The translations under genes were made by a program, and so were the position numbers. From Craspedostauros australis (lineage: Eukaryota): a stretch of DNA of 64,000 bases. Shown in pieces: positions 48,446-60,326 of this stretch (positions are counted from its first letter, which is position 1; each line of letters begins with the position of its first letter). A model generated the notes under the pieces. That model was given only the letters and a program-made list of their open reading frames with translations, was not told the origin of the DNA and made no database searches. The stretch spans positions 1 through 64,000 of the forward strand of contig JALAGF010005392.1 of the NCBI GenBank assembly GCA_030167865.1, read 5' to 3'.

Positions 48446-51400
48446 TCATAGGCCATCAGCGAGACTGGGTGCTAAGTACGTTTCCATCGGCTGATTCAAG
48501 GTGGCAGACAACAGTTGGAACTTGAACGAGTCGCCCTCGTCGCCTTCGATACGGAGATTACCAGAGTTTGCAAGGCTCAGCGTTGCGAGGAACGTGCGGC
48601 ACACATCCCGTCTCGACAACTCGCGAGCCACCGACTTGAACTCGACCACCTCTTTCGATGACTGTGAACGGTAGCAGTAGGGAACGAGGAAAGAGCAGGA
48701 GCGACAGGTGAACGCACGCGTGGATGTGCATTACACGTGTACATGTACATGCACATGTGTGTGGATGAAGGTGAAGATGAGGGTGAGAACAGCATCAACT
48801 TTGAGCCAGATCATGCACACACGATACCACAATGTACACAGATGGCGGACCACACATCCAAATCATCCAAACCATCCAAATTGATTAAGTTGCTTCGATC
48901 GTCACAGTAGGACCTACCTGAACCGATCCGTGGCTGTTGCGTTTTGCGCTGTGGATCTCATTCTGCACACTTTCGACCACTGTTGCGGCGTACTCATGGA
49001 TATCAAAGGCGTTGCTTTGCTCCTCCTCCTCGAGGATGGGGGTCAGCTTCTCCTGCCATCGACTGACGCGGTCTGTGAGCTTGGTGCTCAGAGCGAATTC
49101 TTCGGCGCCCTTGGAAAATGCTTCGATGTGCTCGCGGCACAGCTGCTCGAAGGACTTCGGTCCAAGGTTGGTCTCGCCTGTTGTGTGTTGGTATCGTGTG
49201 AAAACGTGTGTTCAGTGACAGAGTGACAGCATTAAACAAGAACAAAAGCGGGTGCAACTGTGAGACTGGTTGGATGGCAGCGCAAGCAGTTGCTCACAAA
49301 CATTTGCTCACACACATTCAGATCCAGCCGTTGGAATGCATACTTGTAGTGCCCACTTACCACGTTCTTGGTGACCGTACGCGTCATCGAGAGACTGCAT
49401 CCCCATATTGTCCCTACCATCGCCGCCGTCATCGCTGTCATGACCATCATCCTGATCTCCACCGTAGTCGCCTGCCAACACAAAGCCATCGTAATCACCA
49501 GCGTCTCCGCCATCGTCACCGTCGTCGTACGCGTAGGGAGAATCTGACGGAGTGTTGGCAAGGTTGCCAAGCGTGTTCCCGTCGAACTGGTTGTTCTGAT
49601 CGTCACCACGGATTCCTCCTGGATTATTCTCATAGCTGTCCTTATTCTGTTGACGTTTCAGCATGGCCCGTTCCTTGGCTTTCGCTTTGGCGACGTACAT
49701 GAATTCATCACCGTACATCAATCCATCCATTTTGATATCGGGAAACTCAGCTTTGGATTCCTCGTCATTCAGCGCGCGGATCATCTGCATTATGAGGCTT
49801 GGTGGGGTCTTGGTCTGTCTGGTTGCCTCCTTTTGAATGGTCGCCTTCGATCGTGTGCTTGCTCCCGTCACGCACTTCGACGGCGCCTCGTCGACTCCGT
49901 TGGGAAGACGGTACGTTCTTCCTGTCTTCAAGGGTCGGTGAATGCCACCATCTGACACGTGCGGATCTAGAATGGCGAACGGATCAGGCTTCGTCGGAGG
50001 CGCGGCCGGCGGAATGATCACCGGATCACCTTCTGCGAAGGTGCATCGTTTTGTCGTCCCAGATCTGTGTGCGTGTTGCGCAAGCTCAATCTCTGGGTGA
50101 TGCTGTGCATGAGTTCCATTCGTGACGGCGTTGCCATTCTCGTCGATGTTGTCGTCTTGGTTCCCCGCAAAATCAAAACCACCTGCATCATTATCATCGT
50201 GATCGTGATCGTCACCATCATCGTAGCATGGGGCACCGCCATGATCAAAGCTGACATTGACCCCATCGCCAACGTCTGCTTCGTTTGTGGCGTTGAATTC
50301 GCGTCTGGAGGTTACGTACACATCAGTTTCACCGCCAAGGGAACTCAGCCGACCACGCTGTCTACTTGCGAGAGAGGAGAGCTCGACAGCACCAGCCTTG
50401 CCTTGCGTTGAACCTGGCATAAGCAGGGTCCCATCATCGCCAATGTCGCACTGGCCACTCTCCAAGCGCAAGTTGCCTTTGTGCAACGAACCCAAGAGCG
50501 CCCTGTACTGCGAAGATGCAACCGCGGAACCAATTGCGCCTCCACGGTGGGTGTAGTACGTCCGTTCTACTCCTGTTACCGATCCCAGCGAAAGCCTGGT
50601 CCTCGTCATCGAAAGATGAGGCGTCATCACGCCACCGTCGTTGGCATTTTCATCGTCGTCATCATCGTCATTCTCGACGAGGTTGATTTTGCGATGATTC
50701 TCGTCGTGGGGCAGCACATCATCAAGAAGAAGAAAGTCCATGTTAGGATCGAAGGATTGGAATTCATCTACGTCGGGATCTTGCTGCTTGCGTCGTGCAT
50801 TTGTAGTGGCCGCATTCTTCCCATCTTGACGGAATACATCGTCCAGTGCCTTGTAGACCAGCGAATACAAGTACTCCACCTTCCTGCTGTACACGTGCGA
50901 TGAATTTTGCAGGATCAGCGCTGCATGCGCAAAGTTCGTCTTCTCCTGCGTTTCCATTGATGCGTTTGCATCGTTGTTGCTCGTTGGGTTCATGATGCCT
51001 TCATCTGTTGCCAGACCAACCAGTTCTTGCAGGTAGTCCTCCAGGCTGTGCATGTCGTGTACATATAGTAATGGGAGAGCACACAAATATTGGTCATGGT
51101 CGTATATGGTGTGAATAACGCACGAGTATGCCGGACGCCATGGCAAAAGTACCGTAGTGTCATCGAAGATGCATGACGGATGAGCATGGAGAGGGCGGAA
51201 GAGGACGAGAGAAAGAACAAATGGGGGAGGGCATCGTTGTCAGCACCGCATTCCTCGCATGGTTCACTGAGCAACCCACCAACATGTGCAAGTGGGCCAT
51301 TGTTTCTAACCCAAGGCATGGCATCATTCTTTCATTGCATGTTCGAAGGCACTCACCATGTCGCAATGTTGACATCCCAATTTCTCGACAGATCCTTCAG

Positions 51401-51490
51401 CGGTTGCAACGTCGCCAGGGCCGATTCAATTGCTCTCGCAGTGCCGCCGCCATCGTCCAAGGAGTCGTTCAACCGTTTATTTCGCGTCAT
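48446..51490 (-). CDS. NCAPH2: Condensin II complex kleisin subunit H2, 4 exons, ~764 aa
   Basis: Exons 51490-51357, 51045-49361, 49177-48918 and 48661-48446, all GT-AG and frame-consistent. Motifs: LQPLKDLSRNWDVNIA-CLEDYL, NFAHAALILQNSSHVYSRKVEYLYSLV, WQEKLTPILEEEE..FDIHEY and VCRTFLATLSLANSGN. Confidence 0.93.
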
Positions 51491-52319
51491 TGTGGAAGGG
51501 TTGTCTGTTGCGTTCAAGCACCTTTCGCCGTGGGTATATTTGTGCTCAGCAGAGCGAAGGCAGCAGCGACGACGATGCTGAGGATGAGGTTTTACTTGTG
51601 GTGCCGTTGATGATGCCCTTGGTGATAATGCTCTTGATGATGATGCTCGGGATAGTGCTGTTCGTTCTTGACGGTGCTCCCTCTCATCCTCTCGACTTGC
51701 ACCACGCCGTCGCTGCACCGTCGCTGTGGGGCTTGACATGGAATTTGCAACCGGCTTCGTGGGAGAAATGAACGAAGAAATGTGGTTTTGTTTTCTTCCG
51801 CCACAAATTCGAAATTGTCGCAGCGACATGTGTGACACACATGATACGTTTGAAACAATCGAGTCCTGTTTGGCGTCATCCTTGAAACAATCCCGAACTG
51901 TTCCCATTTGTGTCAGAATAGTGTTCGCTTCCTTTCACGGCGATGTTCGGTTTTGTCGTTGATGTTGCTTGAGCACAAAAATCAAGACGAGAACGTGGAC
52001 GAAACCAGACCTGTCCGAAGTGAGACAGAGCGGAAGGGGAGGTGATGTCGGAAATGATGCCCCTGCGCCGGCGGAGATGATTACCACACTGCACGCCTGC
52101 CATCTTCGTAGGTATGAGTAGATTGTGCGATATCCACAGCATGGTCAGGACCTGTTCAGTTGAGAGCGCTCACAAACACAGATAGAGAACAATTGAAAGG
52201 CCTGCTGCAACATCGGGCGTTCTATTGGTGCAGGCACATCAGGATCAATTCAATCATCGCCGTGTTCCATCATTCTCAGCAAAGCCATCAGCATCGCCAT
52301 TGTGGCTGCGATTGTCACC

Positions 52320-54476
52320 ATGAAAGGCAACAACGACAGCAGTGGCCGAAGTCCAGCACCATCACCATCGTCGTGGATTGGTGTGGCACAAGGTTCAGAT
52401 TTCCCCCTCTCGAACCTTCCATTCGGCGTATGTTCCCTCACAACGAACAAGGGACAGCGTGATGACGTGACATCCACCGCGAAGAGTCGGTGCGTCACCA
52501 TTGTGGGAAGTACGATCGTCGATCTGCAAGTGCTACAGGAGGCTGGCTTGTTCGATGATATCGACCAGCTGGCAGCGCACTCCTTCTCCGAGCCATCGTT
52601 GGATGACTTCGTTTCGCATCCGCATCACGTTTGGTCACAGGTGCGTCAGCGATTGACATCCTTGCTCTCCGCGGATGGGGATGATGCATTGCACACAAAC
52701 GAAGGGCTCAAGAGCATCGCCTTGCTCTCTGAAACGGACGTCGTCATGGGCCTTCCTCTCAAAATCTCAAGCTTGGCGGGATACTATTCGTCCCGTTCTC
52801 AGTTCGCCCAACTCGCAAGTGGCTCTGACACGGCAGATGGCAAAGGGCAGAGCGGGGGTACAGAAATGCCAAATGCACCATCCCTCCCCATCGGATACAA
52901 CGCCAAGGCATCATCTGTGTTCGCGACTGGAACGTCAATAAATCGCCCCAACCTGTCCTCTGGCGGTCAAGCTTCGAATGTTGGTGCGCCAACAGACTTG
53001 AAAGTGGAGGCATCCAAAGCACTGGATTTTGAAGCGAAGCTGGCGTTCGTCGTTGGCGGCCCGCCCAACGCTGCGGGCAAATCGGAGGCAGCAGCAGAGG
53101 CGCAGCAGCGCGTGTTTGGATACTGCCTCGTCAATGACTGGACGGCGCGCGATGTGCAAGCATCTGAAGCCATTCCTTTCGAATCCAAGAATTTCGCCAC
53201 CACCATGTCACCATGGATTGTGACGTCGGAAGCGCTGCAGCCACTCGCACCATCTCCACCGTCTGAATCTGCGGATACATCACCTGCGACGGTGGATTTT
53301 CACAACATCCAGGGCGCATCACCAGCGATCACCATCGATGTTCGAATTCAACCAAAGGTGCCCTCAAGCAACAAGCAGCCGCTCTCTGTGGAACCCGTCT
53401 GCACGCCGGTATTCGGCCCTGATTGCTGGAGTGCCGCGCAACTACTCACCCATCATTTTTGGGCAGGCTCCGTGGTGAAGCCTGGCGACATCTTTATGAT
53501 GTCCGCGCAATCCCAAAGTGATCCAAAGCTCTCCAGTAGTCTTTGGGAACTAACCGACGGTGGCAAACATGAAGTGGATATCGGAAGCGATCAAACGAGA
53601 AAGTTCCTTCAAGATCGCGACACTGTTGTCATGAAAGGCTGGTGCTCGCACAGTGCCAATCCATCTGTGGGGAGGATCGGCTTTGGACCCTGCACCTCGA
53701 CGGTCCTTCCTCCTGATCCTCCTGAACCAACCAAGTCGCCATCGAGCGGCGACAATCCGCCGATGGCCACACCGTCATCTGGATTCCATTCCTTCAAGCT
53801 GTACGGGTACGCAACATCTTCCTCCACATGGCGTGTTCGTGTCGTGCTCGAAGCCAAGAGGATCACCTTTGAGAACATCCCATTGAACCTTCAGGCCGGC
53901 GAGCACAAGACGCCTGAGTTTCTCGCCAAGAATCCTCATGGACAGGTTCCCGTATTGGAATATACGCACACCGACGGAGACTCGAGCCAGACAAGGTACA
54001 TCTCGCAGTCTGTCGCAATCATCGAGTTCTTGGATTCAATCTTCCCCAACAAAAGGTCCTTGATTCCTCGCGATCCAATCGATTACATCGCAGCGCGGGA
54101 GATGGTGGAAATCGTGAACGCTGGAATCCAACCTCTGCAAAACAAGATGGTCGTTGCCAACCTGGAAAAGCTGTCTGAGGGCAAGATCGTTGGCAAGGAG
54201 TATGGGAACATGGTCATCGCCAAAGGGCTCAGAAGTTTTGAGACGCTGGTGAAGGCCCGCCAAGCCACGAACCCCGGTCCCTTCAGCCTTGGCACTTTCG
54301 CGCCGACAATCGCTGATGCCTACCTCATCCCACAGCTGTTCAACGCCGCGAACGTGTACGGCATCGATGTCATCTCCGATTTTCCGGTGCTGGCACAGGT
54401 GGAGGAGGCATGTTCCAAACACCCTTGGTTCATTGCGGCACATCCATCGCAGCAACCAGACGCACCCAGAACATGA
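52320..54476 (+). CDS. Fusion of fumarylacetoacetase-like (FAH) domain and zeta-class GST / maleylacetoacetate isomerase-like domain, 718 aa
   Basis: N-part has SDFPLSNLPFGV, LPIGYNAKASS, LDFE, NDWTARDVQ, KNFATTMSPW, RKFLQD and IGFGPC. A Pro-rich linker follows (~53706-53783). C-part has LYGY..SSSTWRVR, NPHGQVPVL, QSVAIIEFL, GIQPLQN and AHPSQQPD. One uninterrupted ORF. Confidence 0.92.
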   Translation: MKGNNDSSGRSPAPSPSSWIGVAQGSDFPLSNLPFGVCSLTTNKGQRDDVTSTAKSRCVTIVGSTIVDLQVLQEAGLFDDIDQLAAHSFSEPSLDDFVSHPHHVWSQVRQRLTSLLSADGDDALHTNEGLKSIALLSETDVVMGLPLKISSLAGYYSSRSQFAQLASGSDTADGKGQSGGTEMPNAPSLPIGYNAKASSVFATGTSINRPNLSSGGQASNVGAPTDLKVEASKALDFEAKLAFVVGGPPNAAGKSEAAAEAQQRVFGYCLVNDWTARDVQASEAIPFESKNFATTMSPWIVTSEALQPLAPSPPSESADTSPATVDFHNIQGASPAITIDVRIQPKVPSSNKQPLSVEPVCTPVFGPDCWSAAQLLTHHFWAGSVVKPGDIFMMSAQSQSDPKLSSSLWELTDGGKHEVDIGSDQTRKFLQDRDTVVMKGWCSHSANPSVGRIGFGPCTSTVLPPDPPEPTKSPSSGDNPPMATPSSGFHSFKLYGYATSSSTWRVRVVLEAKRITFENIPLNLQAGEHKTPEFLAKNPHGQVPVLEYTHTDGDSSQTRYISQSVAIIEFLDSIFPNKRSLIPRDPIDYIAAREMVEIVNAGIQPLQNKMVVANLEKLSEGKIVGKEYGNMVIAKGLRSFETLVKARQATNPGPFSLGTFAPTIADAYLIPQLFNAANVYGIDVISDFPVLAQVEEACSKHPWFIAAHPSQQPDAPRT

Positions 54477-55328
54477 ACGAGGTCGTGTCGAGCCGAGTAA
54501 AATAGAGCAGAGCAGAGCGAAGCGGAGTAGTTTGCTAGCACTCCCGGCCGCGGCATCAGCGAGGTGCCTGGACGCAGCATGAATGAGAACTCGGAGATCT
54601 ACTAGTACGATTGTCTCCAGGGATCCAGCACTATTGCCATACTACCATACCGTTATTGGACACAAGAACAAGTAGATAACAAAGCAGGACAGCTCAAACT
54701 GGGAGAGTCCTATTGACATGAAGCTGAGAATGCATGTCAACATCAACTTGGTTTGTGTATTGGTTTTGGTTCTGATTGCTTCGGATGAGAATTATAGTAG
54801 ACTGCGGGTGTAGGATTGGGCAATCCTGTTGTTTGTCCGCAGGTGGTCACAAGATGCTTGGACAAGATTCCAAGGCTCCATACAGGTTCTACATACGAAT
54901 ATGGTTGCGATGGTACCTTGACTCCACCAGCACCGGATGGAGATAGCGCAGAGCACCCTGGCTTTTTGCATATTGATTCGTTTGAGAGTGCCGTCGCTGG
55001 ATCCGCCATCGTGGAGCCGCTTTCATTCTTTGAACTCGATTGGATTGGTTGCAGTCATGGCGAATGATCTCCCCATGCATTCCACCGTACGATCTAAGAG
55101 TGGAGAATCGTATTATATCTTGGAAGAGCAGAATATCTTGTCTCAAATGGAGCATTGATGATCAATCCGACAGGCAACCATGAAGCAGAGCTGACATTGC
55201 AGTTTCCCATAGTTTCTTCGTTGGCGTGACATTCTCTCGCGCGGCTCCAAACTGGCCGCTAGATCCATGGTTGTGACGGCATGTCGTGGGTGCAACACGC
55301 CATTTCACTGTTCCACCAGTTGACATGC

Positions 55329-57088
55329 TTAGTTCAAACCGAACGACTGCTTGTAGAACGCCGTGATGGATTCGATGGAAAGGAGGATGATCATGGCGTG
55401 CGGTGCGCATCGTCCATAGTACGCAGAGAAACCGCCGAAGAAGCCGAGAGGTCCCTCGGTTCTTGCGATCTTCACGACACAATCCGCGATGCCCTTGTAC
55501 GGCATCTCTCCTGTGACTGGGTCTGGCTTCATTGCCATCAAACGCGACTTGACCAAGTCGAATGGGAGGGAGAAGAGGGCCGCTGTGAATCCTGCTGTGG
55601 CGGAGGCTCCCAGACGAGTTGGAAGACTTGGTCCATCCACCATTGGATCATTCAAGAGCCCTGCCACGATCTCCTTGGCTTGGTCGTAGCAGGCCATCAT
55701 ACCGACGTTCATGGACATACCACGCAGGATGTTTGGTGCCAAACCTTTGTACAATGCGCCGACGCCCTCTTCTCTGCTCGTTCGGAGGAGAGCCTGTTGT
55801 GCATATGTACCATATGCCATGCGAAGGGAGTGGGAAATGTAGAGTAGATTGGAAGTAGTCAGCGCACGGCGTTGTTGAAATTTCTCACAATGGCAAATTC
55901 AACCAAATCGATGCGAAACAACGCAACGCAATGAAGAAAGTAAACATGGAAGTGTACGTGCATTCACAAAATCACCAACGCCTCCAACGCCTCCAATCCA
56001 GTCCGGTGACGCAAGCGACAGGATGCCAGCGACTTACATCAAAGACGTTCTTGTAATTCCTTCGGTCTTCCGGCTTGGCCATGCCATCGGCCTGTAATCG
56101 CACCAATGCAATGTCGAATGGTGTTCCTATGCACACGGCGATACTTCCGCTGGCCATGCCCGACAGGGCCTTCTGGACGAAGCTGATTGGCTTTCCGTCG
56201 TTAATCTCCACCAGCTTGTCCGAAAAGGTTCGGTGCAGTCCAATACGCGCTGTTCCGTACACCATCTGACGGCCGATGGCGGCATCAACTCCCTTGTAGA
56301 CACTGGTGATACCATCTGCTTTGACCATCTGGGAAATGAGGGTCGGGAAGGACGGGATCGGCTTTCCTGGGTTCAATTGTCCATAAATTTGCATTCGGAC
56401 CTGTTGTGATGCATCGCATTGTGTGGCATTGCGTTGCATGGCAGCGGATGAGATTGAGCATGGATTTGGGTTGCGAGTTTGCCGATGAAGTTATTGAATC
56501 GAATTGAGCCGAATCGCATCAGATACAATGCCATGCCAAGTCAACGGCGGTTGATGCAATGCAGATGAGCGGAAATCCGCGCGTGTTTGAATTGAAATTG
56601 ATTGCGCCACAAAACACGGTGTTGCCAATGGCAGAGATGCGTTTTATTGAGTTCCATTGCATCAAGCCCATGAACGGCCACCGATTCCGGGACGACGATG
56701 ATGGCAATTGGAATGATTGGGAATTGATCACAGCGCGGGTGAGTTGAAGGCAGATTGGGAGAGCGAATTGACGCGCACACGCTTCGCCTTCGGTGGCATT
56801 TTCCTCCTTCACGTTCTTGGCCAACAGGACAGCCAAAGTCATTGCAAGGAGCCTTTCGAGCAAGATGATTGGCATTTGGCTCCGTCTCAGCTTGGCTGAG
56901 CTTGGCTGAGCTTTGTATTGCCACCGCAGGCTGTGATGCATGCATTGCAATGCACTCCAATGCACTTCAACGCAATGACCCACCTTGGCAAGATCGATCG
57001 GGTGAATGACGATGCTGGCAAACGTTGCCGCGGTTCCACCGCAGACGAACGGCTGCAGCGTCTTGGCGATCGATGATTGTTCAGGCAT
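55329..57088 (-). CDS. Mitochondrial 2-oxoglutarate/malate (dicarboxylate) carrier, SLC25A11/DTC-like, 3 exons, 310 aa
   Basis: Exons 57088-56984, 56400-56038 and 55793-55329, with phase-0 GT-AG introns. Three PxDxxKxR-type signatures (PIDLAKVR, PFDIALVR, PFDLVKSR), plus RQMVYGTARIGL and RRNYKNVFDAL. Confidence 0.93.
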
Positions 57089-57969
57089 GATTCAAGTTCC
57101 TTCTGGTTGCTTGATTGCTTCGTCCGTTCCAGTTGATGTTGATGTTGATGTTGATGTTGATGCTGATAATGATGATACCGATGGCAAGTTGTCGATGGGA
57201 AGGTTGCAGAAGTGATGGCAAGGCACGGTCCTCCGCGTGTGCTGTTGTGTCGTTGTGTTCTAGATTCACCGCGGCCGCTCGCCGTATCCGTGATGTCTGC
57301 GGTTTGTTGTTCTCTTCGACGAACGGAGAAGAGAAAGTGCTGGCACAAATCCAAAACCAATGCCATTCGCCATTCATCAAATTTCACCCTTGATTCAGGT
57401 GGAAAGATGCGTTCAACATCTACGTTCCAAATAGTGATCTGAATGGACAAAATCTAAACAGCGATTTTTACTGAGAGCTTGGACCTAGTGGCAGCAGAGT
57501 TCTGCGCAAATGGGTGTGCTGTTCCCAAAACGTATCTTCGCGTGGTTGGCGCCAAAGGCACCGAAGTTTGTCCATCGTACGAAGGCGAAGGAACATCACG
57601 CGGGACAAAATGTAGATTCGTGACTGAATCAGACCTCGTTCGTTCACATTTTTTCTTGCTTGCTCAACGATCTCATTCACACACATTTCTGTGTTCCCTT
57701 GCGCTCGGAACAATGCGATGGTGAAGGATCCTGCAGAAACACAGAGAGACATGGGGACGGCGAGGGCAACCAAGAAGCGAGAAGCACGGTGGTTCATCGG
57801 CGATCTCATACATCGTGAATTGCACGTACACTCATCACACCAGCAGAGAGATTCGAAGACATCCATCCGCATTTGTCCATCGACACTACCGTCGCCGTCG
57901 CCGTCTGCGTCTCATTTGCACAGAGCATAGAGCGAAGGAGGGAGAGAGAGAGAGCTGCAAGGAAGCGCA

Positions 57970-58911
57970 ATGGAGCTGCCAACAAACGACCAAGAAGAAG
58001 ACTTCCATCCAACAATGGAAGACCAAGACACAACAGCGATGCGTGATCGCTCGGAAGACAACTACTATCATGATGACGCCGACGGCGGTAACGACGCCGT
58101 TGACGACGGTGCTGCCAGCGGAGGGGAAGAGATGGGATTGAACCCGCGAGCTCCATTCCATACGGATGACGCCGAACAGCAGCTCCATCATCAAGATGAG
58201 TACCACGATCCGACGACTGGTGTGCAGGACACCACGGTGGATGGCAGCAGTGCGCAGCAGGAGACGGAGCAGATGATGGGGCAAGAAGACGCAGACGGCT
58301 TTGCTGCTGCAACCGATGATCCAGGCGATGATGCTAATGATGTTTACGCGCGTGCCCATAGCCAAGATGACCAAGACGCGATCGCGCTCGTGCAAGAGGA
58401 ATCTCAGAACGTAAGTCATCATCACCAATCATGCTCGTGCCAGCGTTCGCCGTTTGGTGGGGATTGAGGCACGAACTTCTTGTCCATTTCCTTCAGTTGC
58501 AGAGCCGTTGCTATTGTGCCATCGGTTTCAATGAAGGCGCTGTCTCCTATGCGTCAACCTCAAATATGCATCTCACAAAAGTGTACCACCTTCTCACGTT
58601 CTACCGAACTCCGTTTTATTCGTCTATCTCGAATTGCCCGCTCCACCGTCATGTTCACATCTGCAAGACAGATCGTCGTGTGGGGCGAGAAGCTCATCGA
58701 AGCCATGGTGACGTACCAGAAGGACATGCAGGAGAAACGAGCCTCCTACGCTCACATTCTACAGCATGAAGAGGAAGAAGCGCGTCGGCTGGATGAGATG
58801 GAACCCGATATCCAGGATGTGACGCAGAGCGTGCTTGGCCAAGCCACTGCTCCTGTCAGCTTTGCGTCTCGCGATGCCGCCACCTCTTCTTCGCAGGATA
58901 GATATGAGTGA
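57970..58911 (+). CDS. Hypothetical acidic protein with C-terminal coiled coil, 2 exons, ~226 aa
   Basis: Exons 57970-58410 and 58672-58911 joined by a GTAAGT...GACAG phase-0 intron. Acidic disordered N-half, then a helical segment IALVQEESQNIVVWGEKLIEAM...EEEARRLDEME. Confidence 0.7.
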
Positions 58912-59186
58912 GCGTGCCTTTCGCATTCGGAGATGTACCATTCAAGAATTGGATCGAACCTTGTGGTGTTTGGGCGTCGAGACAACCATCCGCTTTGAAT
59001 TCCACCGTCAAAAGGTGTGGCCTGTGGCGAGGCATGTATGATAGATCCAGATCCGGACAGATCCCTGAAGTGCCTGTGGATGGCTGAAATCCAGAGCCAA
59101 TCATTGTAGCAAACTATGATGGCAGATATTTCATCGTGTGACCCAGAGTGCTCTACTCTCTGCAACTCTGCTCACGTTGCACGCTT

Positions 59187-60326
59187 TCATCCTGTCGAAA
59201 TGAAGTGTTCGGAGCGGTTGATGTTTAAATCATAGTGGAATTCCCAATGATTCCAAACGAAACCCAGCTCGTTCAATCTGGCAATGCGAGCCGCGGTCAG
59301 GTGTGTGGATGAGCGCACATGCCCGTTGCGATTGCCATCGCGAGGGAATTGCTTGGCGTACAGCTTGCGTTGCGAGCTCACCCAGTTGGCGAGTTGCTGG
59401 TTGGCATGGGAGATGGGAACCAGGCAGTTGCCGTGTTCCTCTTTGTATGCCTTGAGCTGCTCGAAGCGCGTCTCCCATTGCCGTTCTCGATTGGACATCC
59501 ACCAGTTGCGATCGATATCTTCCAAAGCACGGATCTGATCCTCCTGCAACGCGCAGGGTTCTCCACGCCGACGATTCATAAATTCCCTGCGCTGCCGGTA
59601 CACCCACTGTCCCAGCGACGATTGGCTTGATAACTTCGCGAGTGGCGATGTTTGCGTGAACTGCTCCAGCTCGCCAAACCGTCGCCACCAGATGGAATGC
59701 GTGCGTTGCTGCTGAAGAGGCGAGTCGATGGCAACGTGCGCTGCCGGGACGCTCGAGGCAACGCCCTTCTGCTTGGTGCTTAATGCCGATGCATCCCAGC
59801 AGAATCCAATGCTACTCAATTGTTGAATCCGCTGCTGCGTCAGAGACGAGCTGATTCCATTCTTGTGCTTGCGGTAGTGCTGCCGTTGCTTGTTTACGAA
59901 GTTTCCCAATGACGGGTTAGGTGGATACCGCTTGGGAACGAGCATGTGGCCATGCTCTTCCTTGAACTCCATCAGCTGATTGATCCGATCATTCCAAGTT
60001 GAAGGTGCACAGATTGGTGTTGCAGTGGCTGTGGCTGTGTCTGTCGTTGCGATTGACTGCCCATCATCTATCGTAGTGCATTGTAAGGCGATGAATGAAG
60101 CCTCCCTTCGATGATGCTCCCAAGCAAAGCGAACGTCATTCCTTCTCTCGTTTCTGCTTGGCTTGGCGTTTGTTCGTGGATGCCAATGCCTCGCACATAG
60201 CTGCGGTTGTTGTTGTCGCAGTCGTCGCCTCAATCGTCCTCCTGCCGATGAAAGAGCCTCTGTTGACAATGTGAAGCACCAAAGCAACAGCAATCTCTGA
60301 ACATGCTGAAACGGTGCCATGGCCAT
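59187..60326 (-). CDS. Helicase-associated (HA) repeat protein, three repeats, probable signal peptide
   Basis: Repeats WNDRINQLMEFKEEHGHMLVP...LGNFVNKQR...LSSIGFCW; WWRRFGEL...LGQWVYRQR; and WETRFEQLKAYKEEHGNCLVP...LANWVSSQR...LNELGFVW. Start MAMAPF is followed by hydrophobic LLLLWCFTL. Confidence 0.88.
   Translation of the reverse strand: MAMAPFQHVQRLLLLWCFTLSTEALSSAGGRLRRRLRQQQPQLCARHWHPRTNAKPSRNERRNDVRFAWEHHRREASFIALQCTTIDDGQSIATTDTATATATPICAPSTWNDRINQLMEFKEEHGHMLVPKRYPPNPSLGNFVNKQRQHYRKHKNGISSSLTQQRIQQLSSIGFCWDASALSTKQKGVASSVPAAHVAIDSPLQQQRTHSIWWRRFGELEQFTQTSPLAKLSSQSSLGQWVYRQRREFMNRRRGEPCALQEDQIRALEDIDRNWWMSNRERQWETRFEQLKAYKEEHGNCLVPISHANQQLANWVSSQRKLYAKQFPRDGNRNGHVRSSTHLTAARIARLNELGFVWNHWEFHYDLNINRSEHFISTG

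Noticed and set aside
52320..57088. FAH-MAAI fusion plus dicarboxylate carrier as a metabolic gene cluster
   Set aside because: Only two convergent genes, the carrier is a general housekeeping type, and no other tyrosine-pathway genes are in the window.
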